Shown here piece by piece: positions 35,060-45,944 of a DNA stretch of 64,000 nt (position 1 is its first letter; each line of letters opens with the position of its first letter). The translations under genes and the position numbers were made by a program. The stretch spans positions 224,001-288,000 of the forward strand of contig CAVWIP010000017.1 in assembly GCA_963755125.1 (NCBI GenBank), read 5' to 3'. The stretch comes from an uncultured delta proteobacterium. GTDB lineage: Bacteria; Myxococcota_A; Polyangia; Fen-1088. The notes under the pieces were generated by a model that was not told the origin of the DNA, made no database searches, and saw nothing but the letters and a program-made list of their open reading frames with translations.

Positions 35060-35704
35060 TCATCCGCCCGCCTGGGCAGCGGCCGTTTCCACCTGATGAG
35101 CAATCACGACCGCTAGGTCCAAGGCAGCATCGACGACGGCCGGATCCTCCTCGCAACCGTACCAGGTCACGCTGATGGCGTTTCCGTCGAACATGATTTG
35201 GTTGATGCGGCTTGGAAAACCCAGGATGGCCTTCTCGACGTCCGCTGAGAAGATCGCCGCCAGGTCGCGATCCTCACCCGACATGAGGAATCGCTGTCCC
35301 AGCTGCGAGCGCTGAGTGGAACCGGCCTTCTTCCCCGTTGCGTAGGGGTACTTCGGGTCCATCGCCGTCACCCAGCCCAGCCCCGGGGGAACCTGTGCGC
35401 ACGCGACCGCGGCCATGGTCCGGAGGTGAGCCTCGTGCAAGTCGAAGCTGGCGATTTCGGCGCGACGGCCCTTCCAGATCCCGGCTACGTTCGAGCCACT
35501 GGTCCAAAGACCCTGCGGCTTGGTCCAAGGGACGATGGACTCGCTGGCGCGGATCACGTTCTGCCAGCCGCGCAGTCTAGGGTAGGGCAGCAGTGCCTGG
35601 CGCGAACTCCCACGGTGGGATTGCATCATCAGGGCGACCATGGCCAACGAGCCGAGAAAGACCGCCCAAATCCAGAGAATGCTCGACACTGTTTGATGGT
35701 CCAT
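35060..35704 (-). CDS. Hypothetical protein with N-terminal TM
   Basis: ATG 35704, hydrophobic ILWIWAVFLGSLAMVALMM. Confidence 0.6.
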   Translation of the reverse strand: MDHQTVSSILWIWAVFLGSLAMVALMMQSHRGSSRQALLPYPRLRGWQNVIRASESIVPWTKPQGLWTSGSNVAGIWKGRRAEIASFDLHEAHLRTMAAVACAQVPPGLGWVTAMDPKYPYATGKKAGSTQRSQLGQRFLMSGEDRDLAAIFSADVEKAILGFPSRINQIMFDGNAISVTWYGCEEDPAVVDAALDLAVVIAHQVETAAAQAGG

Positions 35705-35795
35705 TTGTCCCTGGTTGTCGGCAACGAGGGAAAATAGTTGCGGACTTGCTGTGGTTGCCCTTCTGCGGCTATCGCGCGCCACCTGCCAGCTTAGC

Positions 35796-35824
35796 TTGAC
35801 CCCGGATCCCCCCTCTGCTAAGCG
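35796..35824 (+). promoter_or_regulatory. Putative sigma70 promoter of yajC-secDF
   Basis: TTGACC-N17-TAAGCG with extended TG. Confidence 0.5.
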
Positions 35825-35833
35825 TTTCCTTCC

Positions 35834-36187
35834 GTGACTCAATACTTCGTCTCAATGGCCCAGGCTTCGTCATCGGGTTCAGCGTCTCCGGGCGGTGCGC
35901 TCGGTGGCATGCTGATTCCCATGCTGCTGATCTTCGGCGTCATGTATCTTCTGGTCATTCGCCCGCAGTCCAAGAAGGCGAAAGAACACCAGAAGATGCT
36001 GTCTGAATTGCAGAAGGGCGACGATGTCGCTACCACCGGAGGGCTCATCGGGCGCATCACGGGGATCAAGGACGACGTGGTCACTTTGCAGGTCCAGGAG
36101 GGCGTCCGTCTCCGCGTCCTGCGCAGCGCAATCACGGGCCGTCACAAGTTCAGCGAAACCCCCAAGTCGGACGACAAGGCCTCATAG
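35834..36187 (+). CDS. yajC: Preprotein translocase subunit YajC
   Basis: MYLLVIRPQ.K, L.KGD.V.TTGGLIG. Confidence 0.95.
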   Translation: MTQYFVSMAQASSSGSASPGGALGGMLIPMLLIFGVMYLLVIRPQSKKAKEHQKMLSELQKGDDVATTGGLIGRITGIKDDVVTLQVQEGVRLRVLRSAITGRHKFSETPKSDDKAS

Positions 36188-36205
36188 CGCAGCAAGGATC
36201 ATTTC

Positions 36206-37981
36206 ATGGAACGATCGTGGTGGTGGAAGGCCGTCCTTTACGGATGTGCCATCATTCTCGCCGGCCTCTATCTGGTGCCCACGGTGGTGCCCGAGGAGAA
36301 GCGTCCGGCCTTTTTCAAGGAACACTTCACCAAGCGCATCCAGCTTGGCCTGGACTTGCAGGGTGGCCTGCATCTGGTCTACGAGGTCAACATCGACAAG
36401 GCCGTGTCGAGCAAGGTGGACCGCCTGTCCAACGACATCGAGGACGCGGTCAAGAAGAAATCGCCGGATGCGACGGTGGTGCGCGAGGGACGCGACGACA
36501 TCCTGGTTTCCTTCAAGAATCCGGCCGGCCTGGCTGGCGTGGACGCGGAGATGCTCAAACCCTACCGGCGCGATCTGGACGAGATCAGCCGTGACGCCGC
36601 GGCGGGCACGCTGCGGCTTCGCTACGACCCTGACCGCGTGGCCGAAGTCGAGGAGCTGGCCTTGCGCCAGGCCATCGAAACCATCCGCGGCCGCGTGGAC
36701 AAGTTCGGCGTGGCCGAGCCCACCATCATCAAGAAAGGCACGGACATCGTGGTCGAGTTGCCCGGCCTCAAGCAGTCCGACTTCGAGCGCATCAAGGGCA
36801 TCATCGGCCGCACCGCCCAGCTCGAGTTCAAGATTGTGGACGACGGCTCGGAGTACATGAAGAAACTCGCCGCCACCCTGCCCAAGGATGGCCCCATCAA
36901 GGCCGAGCCCGAAAGCTGGACCGAGAAGCACTCCGGCCAGCAGCATGAGGACGTGTTCTTGCGCAGCAAGGATCGTCCCGGGCTGGAGAAGTTCATCGCC
37001 GGCCTGTCGGGTGACTTGGCGGTGCCCCCTGATCGCGAACTGGCGCTTGAGGAGATCAGTCCGCGCGACAGCGGTGAAGCCGCGCCGGAGAAGTTCTATC
37101 GCACCTACCTGCTCAAGCGGCGCGCCGGCGTGACCGGCGAATATCTGGCCATGGCCGACGCAACCTGGGACGAGATGGGCCGGCCCGAGGTGTCCTTCAC
37201 CATGAACCGGCAGGGCTCGGCCATGATGGAGAAGCTGACCGGCGAGAACGTGGGTCGCAAGATGGCCATCGTGCTCGACGAGAAGATCACCAGCGCGCCG
37301 GTCATCGAATCCAAGATTGGTGAACGCGGCCGCATCACCATGGGCGGCTACGGCGATCCCTTCAAGCTGCAGCAAGAGGTGAAGGATCTGGTGGCGGTGT
37401 TGCGCTCGGGCGCCTTGCCCGCGCCGCTCAAGAAGTCGTTTGAAACCCAGGTGGGCGCCACCATGGGTCAGGACTCCATCGACAAGGCCAAGTTCTCCAT
37501 GCTCATTGGAGCCGTGGCGGTCGTGCTGTTCATGTTGATTTACTACCGGGTGGCCGGGTTCATCGCGAATCTGGCCATGCTCCTCAACATGTTGTTCATG
37601 GTGTCCATCCTGGCCGCCTTCGAGGCCTCGCTGACCTTGCCCGGCATCGCGGGCTTGGTGTTGACCATTGGCATGGCGGTGGACTCCAACATCATCATCT
37701 ACGAGCGCATACGCGAGGAGTTACGCCACGGCAAGTCGCCACGCACGGCGGTCGACGCGGGCTTCCAGCGTGCGTTCTGGACCGTGTTCGACGCGCACGT
37801 GACCAACTTCGTGGCCGGCATCGTTCTCTATTCATACGGCTCCGGCCCCATCCGCGGTTTCGCCGTCACGCTGCTGGTGGGCATCGTGTCCAACCTGCTC
37901 ACTTCGGTGTGGATGTCACGCTGGATGTTCGATGTTCTCGTGAGCCGTCGCGGGTCGGTTGCCGCGACCCTTTCCATTTAG
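36206..37981 (+). CDS. secD: Protein translocase subunit SecD
   Basis: LGLDLQGG, GVAEPTI, LRSGALPA, LTLPGIAG, GMAVDSNIIIYERIREE. Confidence 0.97.
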   Translation: MERSWWWKAVLYGCAIILAGLYLVPTVVPEEKRPAFFKEHFTKRIQLGLDLQGGLHLVYEVNIDKAVSSKVDRLSNDIEDAVKKKSPDATVVREGRDDILVSFKNPAGLAGVDAEMLKPYRRDLDEISRDAAAGTLRLRYDPDRVAEVEELALRQAIETIRGRVDKFGVAEPTIIKKGTDIVVELPGLKQSDFERIKGIIGRTAQLEFKIVDDGSEYMKKLAATLPKDGPIKAEPESWTEKHSGQQHEDVFLRSKDRPGLEKFIAGLSGDLAVPPDRELALEEISPRDSGEAAPEKFYRTYLLKRRAGVTGEYLAMADATWDEMGRPEVSFTMNRQGSAMMEKLTGENVGRKMAIVLDEKITSAPVIESKIGERGRITMGGYGDPFKLQQEVKDLVAVLRSGALPAPLKKSFETQVGATMGQDSIDKAKFSMLIGAVAVVLFMLIYYRVAGFIANLAMLLNMLFMVSILAAFEASLTLPGIAGLVLTIGMAVDSNIIIYERIREELRHGKSPRTAVDAGFQRAFWTVFDAHVTNFVAGIVLYSYGSGPIRGFAVTLLVGIVSNLLTSVWMSRWMFDVLVSRRGSVAATLSI

Positions 37982-37999
37982 CAGTCAGGAGAATCACCG

Positions 38000-39259
38000 A
38001 TGGCGGCGAATCAGAAATTCTTCGAGATCATCAAGCCCGGTATCGATCTCGATTTCATTGGCAACCAGAAGTACTGGATCGGGGCGTCCATAACTCTGCT
38101 GCTTGTCACCTTCCTCATGCTCCCCATCAACGCCTACGTCATCAAGGGTCGTGGGCACATGTTGAACTGGGGCGTCGAATTCCGCGGCGGCACCGAGATC
38201 GTGGTCGACTTTGCCAAGCCGGTGGAGGCAGGGGCCGTGCGCGAGGCCCTGGCGGCCAAGGGGTTCGAGAACGCTGACGTGGTCAAGTACGGCAGTGCGA
38301 TGGAGCGCGGGTCGAGCAATGCGTTCATGATCCGCCTGGGTCCGGTGTCGGTCCTGTCGCCCGAGCAGGCCAAGAAGGTGGAGGTCGTCCTCGCGCGCGT
38401 GGGCGACGCTGTTCTGAAGAAATTCGAGTTCTCCGAGGGTGGTGACAAGGTCTACATCCGCTTCGATAGGGCGGTGGAGCCGACCGTGCTGGCCGCTGCA
38501 CTCAAGGCCGCAGGCACCAACACCACAGACAAGGGCGTGCAGCAGTTCGGTCCGCCCCAGGATCACACCTACGAAGCCACGCTGGTGGGCATGGAATCCG
38601 AGGTGCGCGCTGCTCTGGATGCCAAGCTGGGCGCTGGTGCGGTGACCAGCATCCCGCAGGTGTCGTCGGTCGGCTCCAAGGCGGGCAAGGAGCTTCAGCT
38701 CGACGGAATCCGGGCGCTGCTGGGGGCCATTCTGCTCATCGTGGTCTACATCGCCTTCCGCTTCGACTTTCGCTACGGCCCGGGCACCATCGTGGCCCTC
38801 CTGCACGACGCCCTCCTCACGGTGGGCGCCTTCGCCATCACCTACAAGGAGTTTTCACTCACCACCCTGGCGGCGATCTTGACCATCATCGGCTACTCGA
38901 TGAGCGACACCATCGTGGTGTTCGACCGCATCCGCGAGAACGCCAGCCGCTATCGCGATCGCGCCTTCGATCGCGTGGTCAACCACGCCATCAACGAAAC
39001 CTTGTCGCGCACCATCTTGACCAGCGCCACCGTGTTCTTCGTGACCCTGGCCATGAACATCTTCGGCACCGGCGTGATCCGTGATTTCGCCTTTGCCATG
39101 AACGTGGGTGTCATCGTGGGCACCTATTCGTCGATCTTCATCGCCAGCCCCATCCTCATCTGGCTGAACGAAAAGTACGTGGCGGCGCAGAAGCGGCAGG
39201 CGGCTCGGCCGGCGCGCCGGCCGAGCCGGCGTGACGAAGAAGAGGCGGTCGAGACCTGA
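38000..39259 (+). CDS. secF: Protein translocase subunit SecF
   Basis: GVEFRGG, IGYSMSDTIVVFDRIREN, ETLSRT, GTYSSIFIASP. Confidence 0.97.
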   Translation: MAANQKFFEIIKPGIDLDFIGNQKYWIGASITLLLVTFLMLPINAYVIKGRGHMLNWGVEFRGGTEIVVDFAKPVEAGAVREALAAKGFENADVVKYGSAMERGSSNAFMIRLGPVSVLSPEQAKKVEVVLARVGDAVLKKFEFSEGGDKVYIRFDRAVEPTVLAAALKAAGTNTTDKGVQQFGPPQDHTYEATLVGMESEVRAALDAKLGAGAVTSIPQVSSVGSKAGKELQLDGIRALLGAILLIVVYIAFRFDFRYGPGTIVALLHDALLTVGAFAITYKEFSLTTLAAILTIIGYSMSDTIVVFDRIRENASRYRDRAFDRVVNHAINETLSRTILTSATVFFVTLAMNIFGTGVIRDFAFAMNVGVIVGTYSSIFIASPILIWLNEKYVAAQKRQAARPARRPSRRDEEEAVET

Positions 39260-39316
39260 CAGGACAGGGGCGATGCCCGCCGACCGATCGCAGTCATCAT
39301 CGGGGCAGGCATCGGC

Positions 39317-41065
39317 TTGGGAGATGGGCCGACGATTCCTGTCGCGGCCGAAGACGAGTCCGCCGTGACCCCAACCTGGCGAGTTCGTCCGACCGATGAG
39401 GCGTGCGTGGAGCGTCTGCGTGCCGGATTGAACCTGCGTCCCCTGACAGCCGCGGTGCTGGCCGCGCGTGGCCTCGACGAGCCCGCCGCGGCGGCGCGCT
39501 TTCTCACGCCTCGGCTGGCGGATCTGCGGCCGCCCGACGGGATTGCGGATCTGGATCGCGCGCTGGACCGGCTGGTGCCGGCGGTGACCACGGGCGAATC
39601 TATCGGCGTGTTCGGCGACTATGACGTGGACGGGGTGACCACCGCGGCCATCCTCACCACCATGCTGCGAGCCTTCGGGGCCCAGGTGGTCACGCGGGTG
39701 GCACGCCGTTCGTCGGGCTACGGCCTGTCGCCGGCTGCGGCCACGCATTTTCTCGACCAGGGCTGCACGCTGGTCGTGACCGGTGACTGCGGCACTAGCG
39801 ACAGCGAGTCCATCGGGCTCTGTCGCGCGCGCGGGGTGGACGTCATCGTCATCGATCATCACCGTGTACCGTCGGGGCCGTCAGCCGCGCATGCGTTGCT
39901 CAACCCCCATCGCAGTGACGACAAGTTTCCCTTCAAGGGCCTCGCCTCGTGCGGAGTGGCGTTCTACCTGGCGGCCGCTTTGCGCACGCGCCTGCGCGGC
40001 CAAGGACACCCGGCGGCCGATGGCTTTGACCCACGCGACGTGCTCGACCTGGTGGCCCTGGGCACGGTGGCGGACATGGTGCCCTTGCGCGAGGAGAACC
40101 GCATTCTGGCATCGATCGGTCTTCGCGATCTGGCGGCGTTCCGGCGTCCCGGGCTGCGCGCCCTCGCCGAGATTGCCGGCGTCGAGGGCGGCTGCGTGCT
40201 CACCTCCGATGTGAGCTTCCGCATGGCTCCCCGCCTGAACGCGGCCGGCCGGCTGGGCGACGCGCAGGTGGCCCTCGACCTGTTGCTGGCGTCCGATGCG
40301 GCCGAGGCTTCCCGTCTGGCGGGCGAACTTGACGACATGAATCGCCAGCGGCAGAGAATCCAGGAGCAGATGTGGGGCGAGGCGCTGCGTGCGGCAGAGG
40401 AATTTCCCAACGACGCGGCCCTGGTGCTGGGCGCGGAGGGCTGGCACCAAGGCGTGGTCGGCATCGTGGCGGCCAAGCTGGTCGACCGGTTCCACAAGCC
40501 GGTGGTGGTGGTCGGTTTCAAGAACGGCAATGGACGGGGTTCGGCTCGCACCACCGGCGGGCTCGATCTCTACCAATCGCTGGCGGCTTGCCAGCAGCAT
40601 CTGACGGTTTTCGGTGGGCACGCGGCGGCGGCTGGCCTGGGCTTGTCGGCCGCGCAGATGGAGGCCTTTCGCGCCTCGTTCGTGGCCCAGGCTCGGCGCC
40701 ATTTCGACGGCCGCACCGACGATCCCTCGCTCGAGGTCGACGCCGTGGCGGACCTGGCTGACCTCGATCTGGTCCAGGCCGAGGAGTTGGAGCGGCTGGC
40801 GCCGTTTGGCGCGGGCAACAGCGAGCCGCTCTTCGCCCTGCCTGGCGTGGTGGCGACCTCGACCAGGGTTGTGGGCACATCGCACTTGCAGATCACCCTT
40901 TCGCGTGGCGCGGCCGTCAGCCAAGCCATCGCCTTCGGCATGGCGGATCGCGATCCGGGGCAAGGGGCGCAGCTCGATGTCATCGGCATGGCCGAGGTCG
41001 ATAGCTTCCGGGGAAACCGGCGGCCGCGGGTGCGAGTCAAGCAGCTTTTGCGAAGGACATCGTGA
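39317..41065 (+). CDS. recJ: ssDNA-specific exonuclease RecJ
   Basis: GDYDVDG, DCG, IDHH, GTVADMVPL..ENR, PRLNAAGR, GSAR, GGH.AAAG, PFGAGN. Confidence 0.95.
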   Translation: MGDGPTIPVAAEDESAVTPTWRVRPTDEACVERLRAGLNLRPLTAAVLAARGLDEPAAAARFLTPRLADLRPPDGIADLDRALDRLVPAVTTGESIGVFGDYDVDGVTTAAILTTMLRAFGAQVVTRVARRSSGYGLSPAAATHFLDQGCTLVVTGDCGTSDSESIGLCRARGVDVIVIDHHRVPSGPSAAHALLNPHRSDDKFPFKGLASCGVAFYLAAALRTRLRGQGHPAADGFDPRDVLDLVALGTVADMVPLREENRILASIGLRDLAAFRRPGLRALAEIAGVEGGCVLTSDVSFRMAPRLNAAGRLGDAQVALDLLLASDAAEASRLAGELDDMNRQRQRIQEQMWGEALRAAEEFPNDAALVLGAEGWHQGVVGIVAAKLVDRFHKPVVVVGFKNGNGRGSARTTGGLDLYQSLAACQQHLTVFGGHAAAAGLGLSAAQMEAFRASFVAQARRHFDGRTDDPSLEVDAVADLADLDLVQAEELERLAPFGAGNSEPLFALPGVVATSTRVVGTSHLQITLSRGAAVSQAIAFGMADRDPGQGAQLDVIGMAEVDSFRGNRRPRVRVKQLLRRTS

Positions 41066-41340
41066 GCGAACCGCGCGATCATGAGGACGAGGAAGAACCG
41101 CGTAAGGGGTTCTGGGCGACACTGCCGCGCGGGACGATCACGCGGGTCTTTGTCCTGCTGATGCTTCTCGCCAGTGTGGTGGTTCTTCAGCGCAAGGCTG
41201 GCGCCATCGCGGGTTGCATGAACCAGACCTTCATGCTGCCCCAGCCGCGCGCCATCGGGACATCTGCCGACGGGGGCGAGCCGTCCGCGCGCGGTCCCAT
41301 TCACGTGCAGGTGCGGGTTCCGGAGCCGGCGACGCGATGA
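41062..41340 (+). CDS. Small hypothetical membrane protein
   Basis: Overlaps both neighbours by 4 nt; one TM. Confidence 0.55.
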   Translation: MSEPRDHEDEEEPRKGFWATLPRGTITRVFVLLMLLASVVVLQRKAGAIAGCMNQTFMLPQPRAIGTSADGGEPSARGPIHVQVRVPEPATR

Positions 41341-42263
41341 CCTCGGTCGGCTCACCGCTAGTCTGGGCTGTGTTCGTCCTGGTGGTGGTGGTCGCCCTGG
41401 CCATCGACCTGGGGGTATTCAACCGCGAAGCCCGCCCTGTGCGCATGCGCGACGCTGCCATCTGGGTCGCGGTCTGGTGCTCGCTGAGTTTGGCGTTCAA
41501 CCTGTTCGTCTGGCGACGGTTTGGTGCGCACAAGGGACTGGAGTTCCTGCAGGGCTGGCTGCTGGAGGTGGCACTGTCGGCTGACAACGTGTTCGTGTTC
41601 CTGGTCATCCTGTCGTATTTCAAGGTCAGTCGGGACGTGCAGCACAAGGTGCTGTTCTGGGGCATCTTGGGCGCCGTCGTCTCCCGCGGGGCGTTCATCG
41701 GCGCGGGGGCCGCGACCATCCACGCGTTTCATTGGGTGCTCTATCTGCTCGGCGCCTTTCTGGTTTTCACGTCGATCAAGATCCTGGCCCAGGAAGACAA
41801 GCCGGTCGATCCCTCGCGCAACCTGGTCCTGCGGCTGTTTCGCCGCCTGGTGCCCATCACGCCCGACTATGTGGGCGCCCGCTTTTTCGCGCGACATGAA
41901 GGTCGCATGATGGCCACGCCGCTTCTGGCCGTGCTGGTGGTGGTGGAGGCGGCGGACGTGATGTTCGCGGTGGATTCCATCCCGGCAATCTTCGGCGTGA
42001 CCACCGACGTGTTCATCGTGTTCACGTCGAACATCTTTGCCGTGCTGGGCCTGCGTTCTCTCTTCTTCTTGGTCGCCGGTTTGGCGCAGAAGCTGGTCTA
42101 TCTCAAGTACGCCATCTCGGCCATCCTGGCCTTCATCGGCATCAAGATCATGGCCCAGCCGCTTTTCGAGATCCCGGTTTCCATTTCACTGCTGGTGGTG
42201 GTGGGGCTGCTCGCCGTCGCCACCGCGGTATCGCTGCTCTTCGGGCCGAAGAGCGCAAACTAG
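41337..42263 (+). CDS. TerC/Alx family membrane protein
   Basis: E.ALSADNVFVF, QHKVLFWGILGA, D.MFAVDSIPA, TSNIFAVLGLRSLFF. Confidence 0.93.
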   Translation: MTSVGSPLVWAVFVLVVVVALAIDLGVFNREARPVRMRDAAIWVAVWCSLSLAFNLFVWRRFGAHKGLEFLQGWLLEVALSADNVFVFLVILSYFKVSRDVQHKVLFWGILGAVVSRGAFIGAGAATIHAFHWVLYLLGAFLVFTSIKILAQEDKPVDPSRNLVLRLFRRLVPITPDYVGARFFARHEGRMMATPLLAVLVVVEAADVMFAVDSIPAIFGVTTDVFIVFTSNIFAVLGLRSLFFLVAGLAQKLVYLKYAISAILAFIGIKIMAQPLFEIPVSISLLVVVGLLAVATAVSLLFGPKSAN

Positions 42264-43552
42264 CTATCTGCGCGCAACAGCGAACGGACGCCCAGCACCA
42301 CGTCCAGCTTGCGGATGTCCGCCACCGCTTTCTGCATGGCGGATTCGCGCACTTCGTGGGTTAGGATGACCAACTCGGCCTCCTTGCCGGTGGCTTCCTT
42401 CTGCTTGACCCCCGCGATGCTGACCTCGCACTCGCCGAATATCTTGGCGATGGTCGCCAGCACGCCGGGCCGGTCTTTCACCTCGAGCCGCAGGTAGAAC
42501 TTGCTCACCACCTCGCCCATGGGGACCACGTGCTTCTTGCGCGCGCCGAAGTTCATGCGCGCACTCACGCCGCCCTGGGGATGGTGCATGGCCAGATCGA
42601 TGATGTCGCCCAGGATGGCCGACGCGGTCGGCAACTGCCCGGCACCGCGGCCGTAGAACATGACGTCGCCCACGTAGTTGCCCCGCGCGAACACGGCGTT
42701 GAAGGAATCGTTGACCGCAGCCAGCGGGTGGTCGCGCCGGATCATCATCGGGTGCACGCGCAGCTCGACGCTCTTCTCGTCGTGCTCGATGCCGATGGCC
42801 AGCAGCTTGATGACATAGCCGTACTCCTTGGCCAACTCGATGTCGCGCGCGGTGATGGCGCGGATGCCCTCGGTGTGGATCTCGCGGTAGTCGACCGCGG
42901 TGTTGAAGGCGAGCGCGGCTAGGATGGCCAGCTTGTAGGCGGCGTCGTGGCCGTCTACGTCGGCGGTCGGATCAGCCTCGGCATAGCCCAGCTCTTGCGC
43001 TTCTCGCAGCACCGCCGCGAACTCGGCGCCGTCACGGTGCATCTTGGTCAGGATGAAGTTGGTGGTGCCGTTGACGATGCCGTACAGGCGTTCGAAGCGA
43101 TTGACAGCCAGCGACTGGCCCAGGGCGTGGATGACGGGGATGCCGCCGCACGACGAGGCTTCGAAGTGCAGTGTCGCGTTCTGCTTTCGCGCCAGGGCGA
43201 GTAGCTCGGGCCCCTTCTTGGCGATGAGCTCCTTGTTGGCAGTGACCACGTGCTTGCCGGCGTTCAGCGCCGCCTCCACCAAGGAGTAGGCCGCTTTGAC
43301 GCCGCCGATGACCTCGACCACGACGCGGATCTCGGGGTCGTCCAGGATCTCCTGCGCGTTCTCGGTGAGCCGCTCAGGTGGCAGGCCAGTTGACTTGCGC
43401 TTGGCTGGGTCGATGTCCGCTGCCTTGCGTAGCTCGACCGCCACGCCTGTCTTGCGACGCAGGTTGTCTGCCTCGTCGACGAGAAGTTTCACGACACCGC
43501 CCCCAACGGTGCCACAGCCAATGACCCCCACTCCAAACTTGCCGGTCGGCAT
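42260..43552 (-). CDS. hom: Homoserine dehydrogenase with ACT domain
   Basis: IGCGTVG, HVVTANK, FEASSCGGIP, GIVNGTTNFIL, GYAEADP, GAGQLPTASA. Confidence 0.96.
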   Translation of the reverse strand: MPTGKFGVGVIGCGTVGGGVVKLLVDEADNLRRKTGVAVELRKAADIDPAKRKSTGLPPERLTENAQEILDDPEIRVVVEVIGGVKAAYSLVEAALNAGKHVVTANKELIAKKGPELLALARKQNATLHFEASSCGGIPVIHALGQSLAVNRFERLYGIVNGTTNFILTKMHRDGAEFAAVLREAQELGYAEADPTADVDGHDAAYKLAILAALAFNTAVDYREIHTEGIRAITARDIELAKEYGYVIKLLAIGIEHDEKSVELRVHPMMIRRDHPLAAVNDSFNAVFARGNYVGDVMFYGRGAGQLPTASAILGDIIDLAMHHPQGGVSARMNFGARKKHVVPMGEVVSKFYLRLEVKDRPGVLATIAKIFGECEVSIAGVKQKEATGKEAELVILTHEVRESAMQKAVADIRKLDVVLGVRSLLRADS

Positions 43553-43730
43553 GACTAGTTCTCCTGAAATGTTGCTGCGACTTGGCGCTCGCTTTCCCGG
43601 CGACACGCGCCGGCCTACACCTAGCGCTCTTTCGGTCGGAGTTCAACGGTTGGCACCGTCACCGTCGACGCCCCTGTCACCCACACCGCTCCCCGCCGAG
43701 TCGCGCGCAATGCGGCGTGTTTGTCGGCGA

Positions 43731-43759
43731 TTGCACGGCAGACGCACCCGTGGTAAACG
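43731..43759 (+). promoter_or_regulatory. Putative sigma70 promoter of rimP operon
   Basis: TTGCAC-N17-TAAACG with extended TG. Confidence 0.5.
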
Positions 43760-43793
43760 AAATTGTCACTTACAGGCACACCCCAAAGTCGTG

Positions 43794-43821
43794 GGCGGGC
43801 CATCGAGCCCGCCTTTTTTTT
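43794..43821 (+). terminator. rimP leader terminator/attenuator hairpin
   Basis: GGCGGGC-catcga-GCCCGCC followed by T8, 33 nt upstream of rimP ATG. Confidence 0.75.
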
Positions 43822-43854
43822 GTCCAACGAAACCCGACAACACAACCGCAAAGA

Positions 43855-44523
43855 ATGCGCACCGAACCACAAGTGCTCTGGCAACTGGTCGAACCCCCCA
43901 TCCAGGGGGCGGGGTTGGATCTCATCGAGCTTCAGTGGAATCGCGAAGGTGAAGGGTGGATTCTGCGTGTCTTCATCGACCGTCCCGAGCCGCCGCACCT
44001 TCCGGGCGCGAGCGAGCCGCCTGTGGATGTTCTGCCTCGAATCGCGGTGAGCCACGAGGATTGCGAGCGCGTCAGCCGGGATCTTTCTGCGGCCTTGGAT
44101 GTCGCCGACGTGATTCATCACACCTACAAGCTCGAGGTCAGCTCTCCTGGCCTCGACCGTCCGCTGCGCCGCGAGCAGGATTTCCGACGCTTCGCCGGTC
44201 AGCAGGTGAAGATTCGTTGCACCGAGCCGAGCGAAGGGCGGCGGAATTTCTCCGGCGTGCTTCGCGGAGCGCAGAATGGCCAGGTCGAAGTCGATTGCGA
44301 GGGCAGGGTGTACCACCTGCCCATGACAACCATCGCCAGGGCCAACCTGGTTCCGGACTGGGCCGCAGAGTTTCGCCGGCAAGGTACCGCCCATGCAGGC
44401 GAAGACGGTCCTCGCAAGCCGGAGTTAGGGCGGGAGAGTGAGTGGGAACATTCCCATGGCGAGAACAAGACGGGGCGGGAGACGAGCACCGCGCCCCATG
44501 CGCCACACAGGAGTGCGTCATGA
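43855..44523 (+). CDS. rimP: Ribosome maturation factor RimP
   Basis: [27 protein letters not shown]. Confidence 0.95.
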   Translation: MRTEPQVLWQLVEPPIQGAGLDLIELQWNREGEGWILRVFIDRPEPPHLPGASEPPVDVLPRIAVSHEDCERVSRDLSAALDVADVIHHTYKLEVSSPGLDRPLRREQDFRRFAGQQVKIRCTEPSEGRRNFSGVLRGAQNGQVEVDCEGRVYHLPMTTIARANLVPDWAAEFRRQGTAHAGEDGPRKPELGRESEWEHSHGENKTGRETSTAPHAPHRSAS

Positions 44524-45932
44524 GTGAAGGGACGAGCCTGAGTCAGGTCATCGATCAGGTTTCGAAGGACAAGAACATCGAGCGCAAGATCCTGGTCGAA
44601 GCGCTCGAGTCGGCGATCCTGACCGCAGCCAAGCGCGCCTTTGGCGAAGAGCGCGAGATGGAAGCCAAGTTCAACGACGCTACTGGCCGCGTCGACTTGT
44701 TCCAGATCATCATCGTGGCCGACCCGGTGACCAATCCGGCCAAGGAGATCTCGCTCGACGAGGCCAAGCAGTTCAACCTTCAGGCGGACGCCGGTGACGA
44801 ACTGCTGTTTCAGATCTTCTTCGACGAGAAAGACCAGGCGCGGGCCGAGGAACAGGACGCCAAGTATGGGGCCCTGCTCAAGCTCAACCGGGCCTGGAAG
44901 ACCTTCGGCCGCTTCGCCGCGCAGACGGCAAAGCAGGTGATCCTGCAGCGGGTGCGCGAGGCCGAGCGCGACAACGTTTTCAACCAGTACCGCGACAAGA
45001 AGGGTGAGCTGATCTCGGGCATCGTGCGGCGCTTTGAACGTGGCAACATCGTCGTCGATCTGGGTGGAGCCGAGGCGGTGCTGCCGGTGCGCGAGCAGGT
45101 GCCGCGCGAGTCGTTCCGGGCGGGCGATCGCATCGTGGCCTATGTGGTCGATATCGATAAGTCGGCGCGCGGTCCGCAGATCATCATTTCCCGTGGCCAC
45201 AAGGGCCTGCTGGAGAAGCTCTTCGAGATGGAGGTACCGGAGATCTACGACAAGATCGTGCGGGTCGAGGCCTCGGCGCGCGAGCCGGGCGCTCGTTCGA
45301 AGATCGCGGTCAGCTCGCGCGATCGCGATGTGGATCCGGTGGGGGCCTGCGTGGGCATGAAGGGCTCGCGCGTGCAGGCGGTGGTGCAGGAATTGCGCGG
45401 CGAGAAAATCGACATCGTGCCTTACGACAACGACCCGGCTCGCTTCGTGTGCAACGCCATCGCGCCGGCCCAAGTTTCGCGCGTGATGATCGACGCCGCC
45501 AACCACACCATGGAGCTGGTGGTGGCCGACGACAAGCTTTCCTTGGCCATCGGCAAGAAGGGTCAGAACGTGCGGCTGGCCTCGCAGCTCACCAACTGGC
45601 GCATCGACATCCACTCGGAAACCAAGATGCGCGAGGCCGAGGAGCGGGCGCGCGCCTCGCTCGCCGCCATCGAGGGCACAACCCCCGAGATTCTCGAGGC
45701 GCTGCTTCGCGCGGGGTGGGGCTCAGCCGAGGCCGTGGCCCGAGCCGTGGTGGACGAACTGGCCACCTTGCCTGGGGTGGGTGGCATCGAGGCGGCGGCC
45801 CGTCTGTGTGCGGCGGCCGCCCGGGCGGCCGCGATCGAGGAGCAACGCCGGGTTGAGGACAGGGCGCGTGCCCAGGCCGAGGCGGCGGCAGCGCCTGCAC
45901 CCGAGGCCGGCGCGTCTGCCGAGAGGACATAG
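44520..45932 (+). CDS. nusA: Transcription termination factor NusA
   Basis: [49 protein letters not shown]. Confidence 0.97.
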   Translation: MSEGTSLSQVIDQVSKDKNIERKILVEALESAILTAAKRAFGEEREMEAKFNDATGRVDLFQIIIVADPVTNPAKEISLDEAKQFNLQADAGDELLFQIFFDEKDQARAEEQDAKYGALLKLNRAWKTFGRFAAQTAKQVILQRVREAERDNVFNQYRDKKGELISGIVRRFERGNIVVDLGGAEAVLPVREQVPRESFRAGDRIVAYVVDIDKSARGPQIIISRGHKGLLEKLFEMEVPEIYDKIVRVEASAREPGARSKIAVSSRDRDVDPVGACVGMKGSRVQAVVQELRGEKIDIVPYDNDPARFVCNAIAPAQVSRVMIDAANHTMELVVADDKLSLAIGKKGQNVRLASQLTNWRIDIHSETKMREAEERARASLAAIEGTTPEILEALLRAGWGSAEAVARAVVDELATLPGVGGIEAAARLCAAAARAAAIEEQRRVEDRARAQAEAAAAPAPEAGASAERT

Positions 45933-45944
45933 CGGAGACGGACC

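Noticed and set aside
41214..41337. yybP-ykoY Mn riboswitch upstream of terC/alx
   Set aside because: No intergenic space; the gene is translationally coupled to the upstream ORF.
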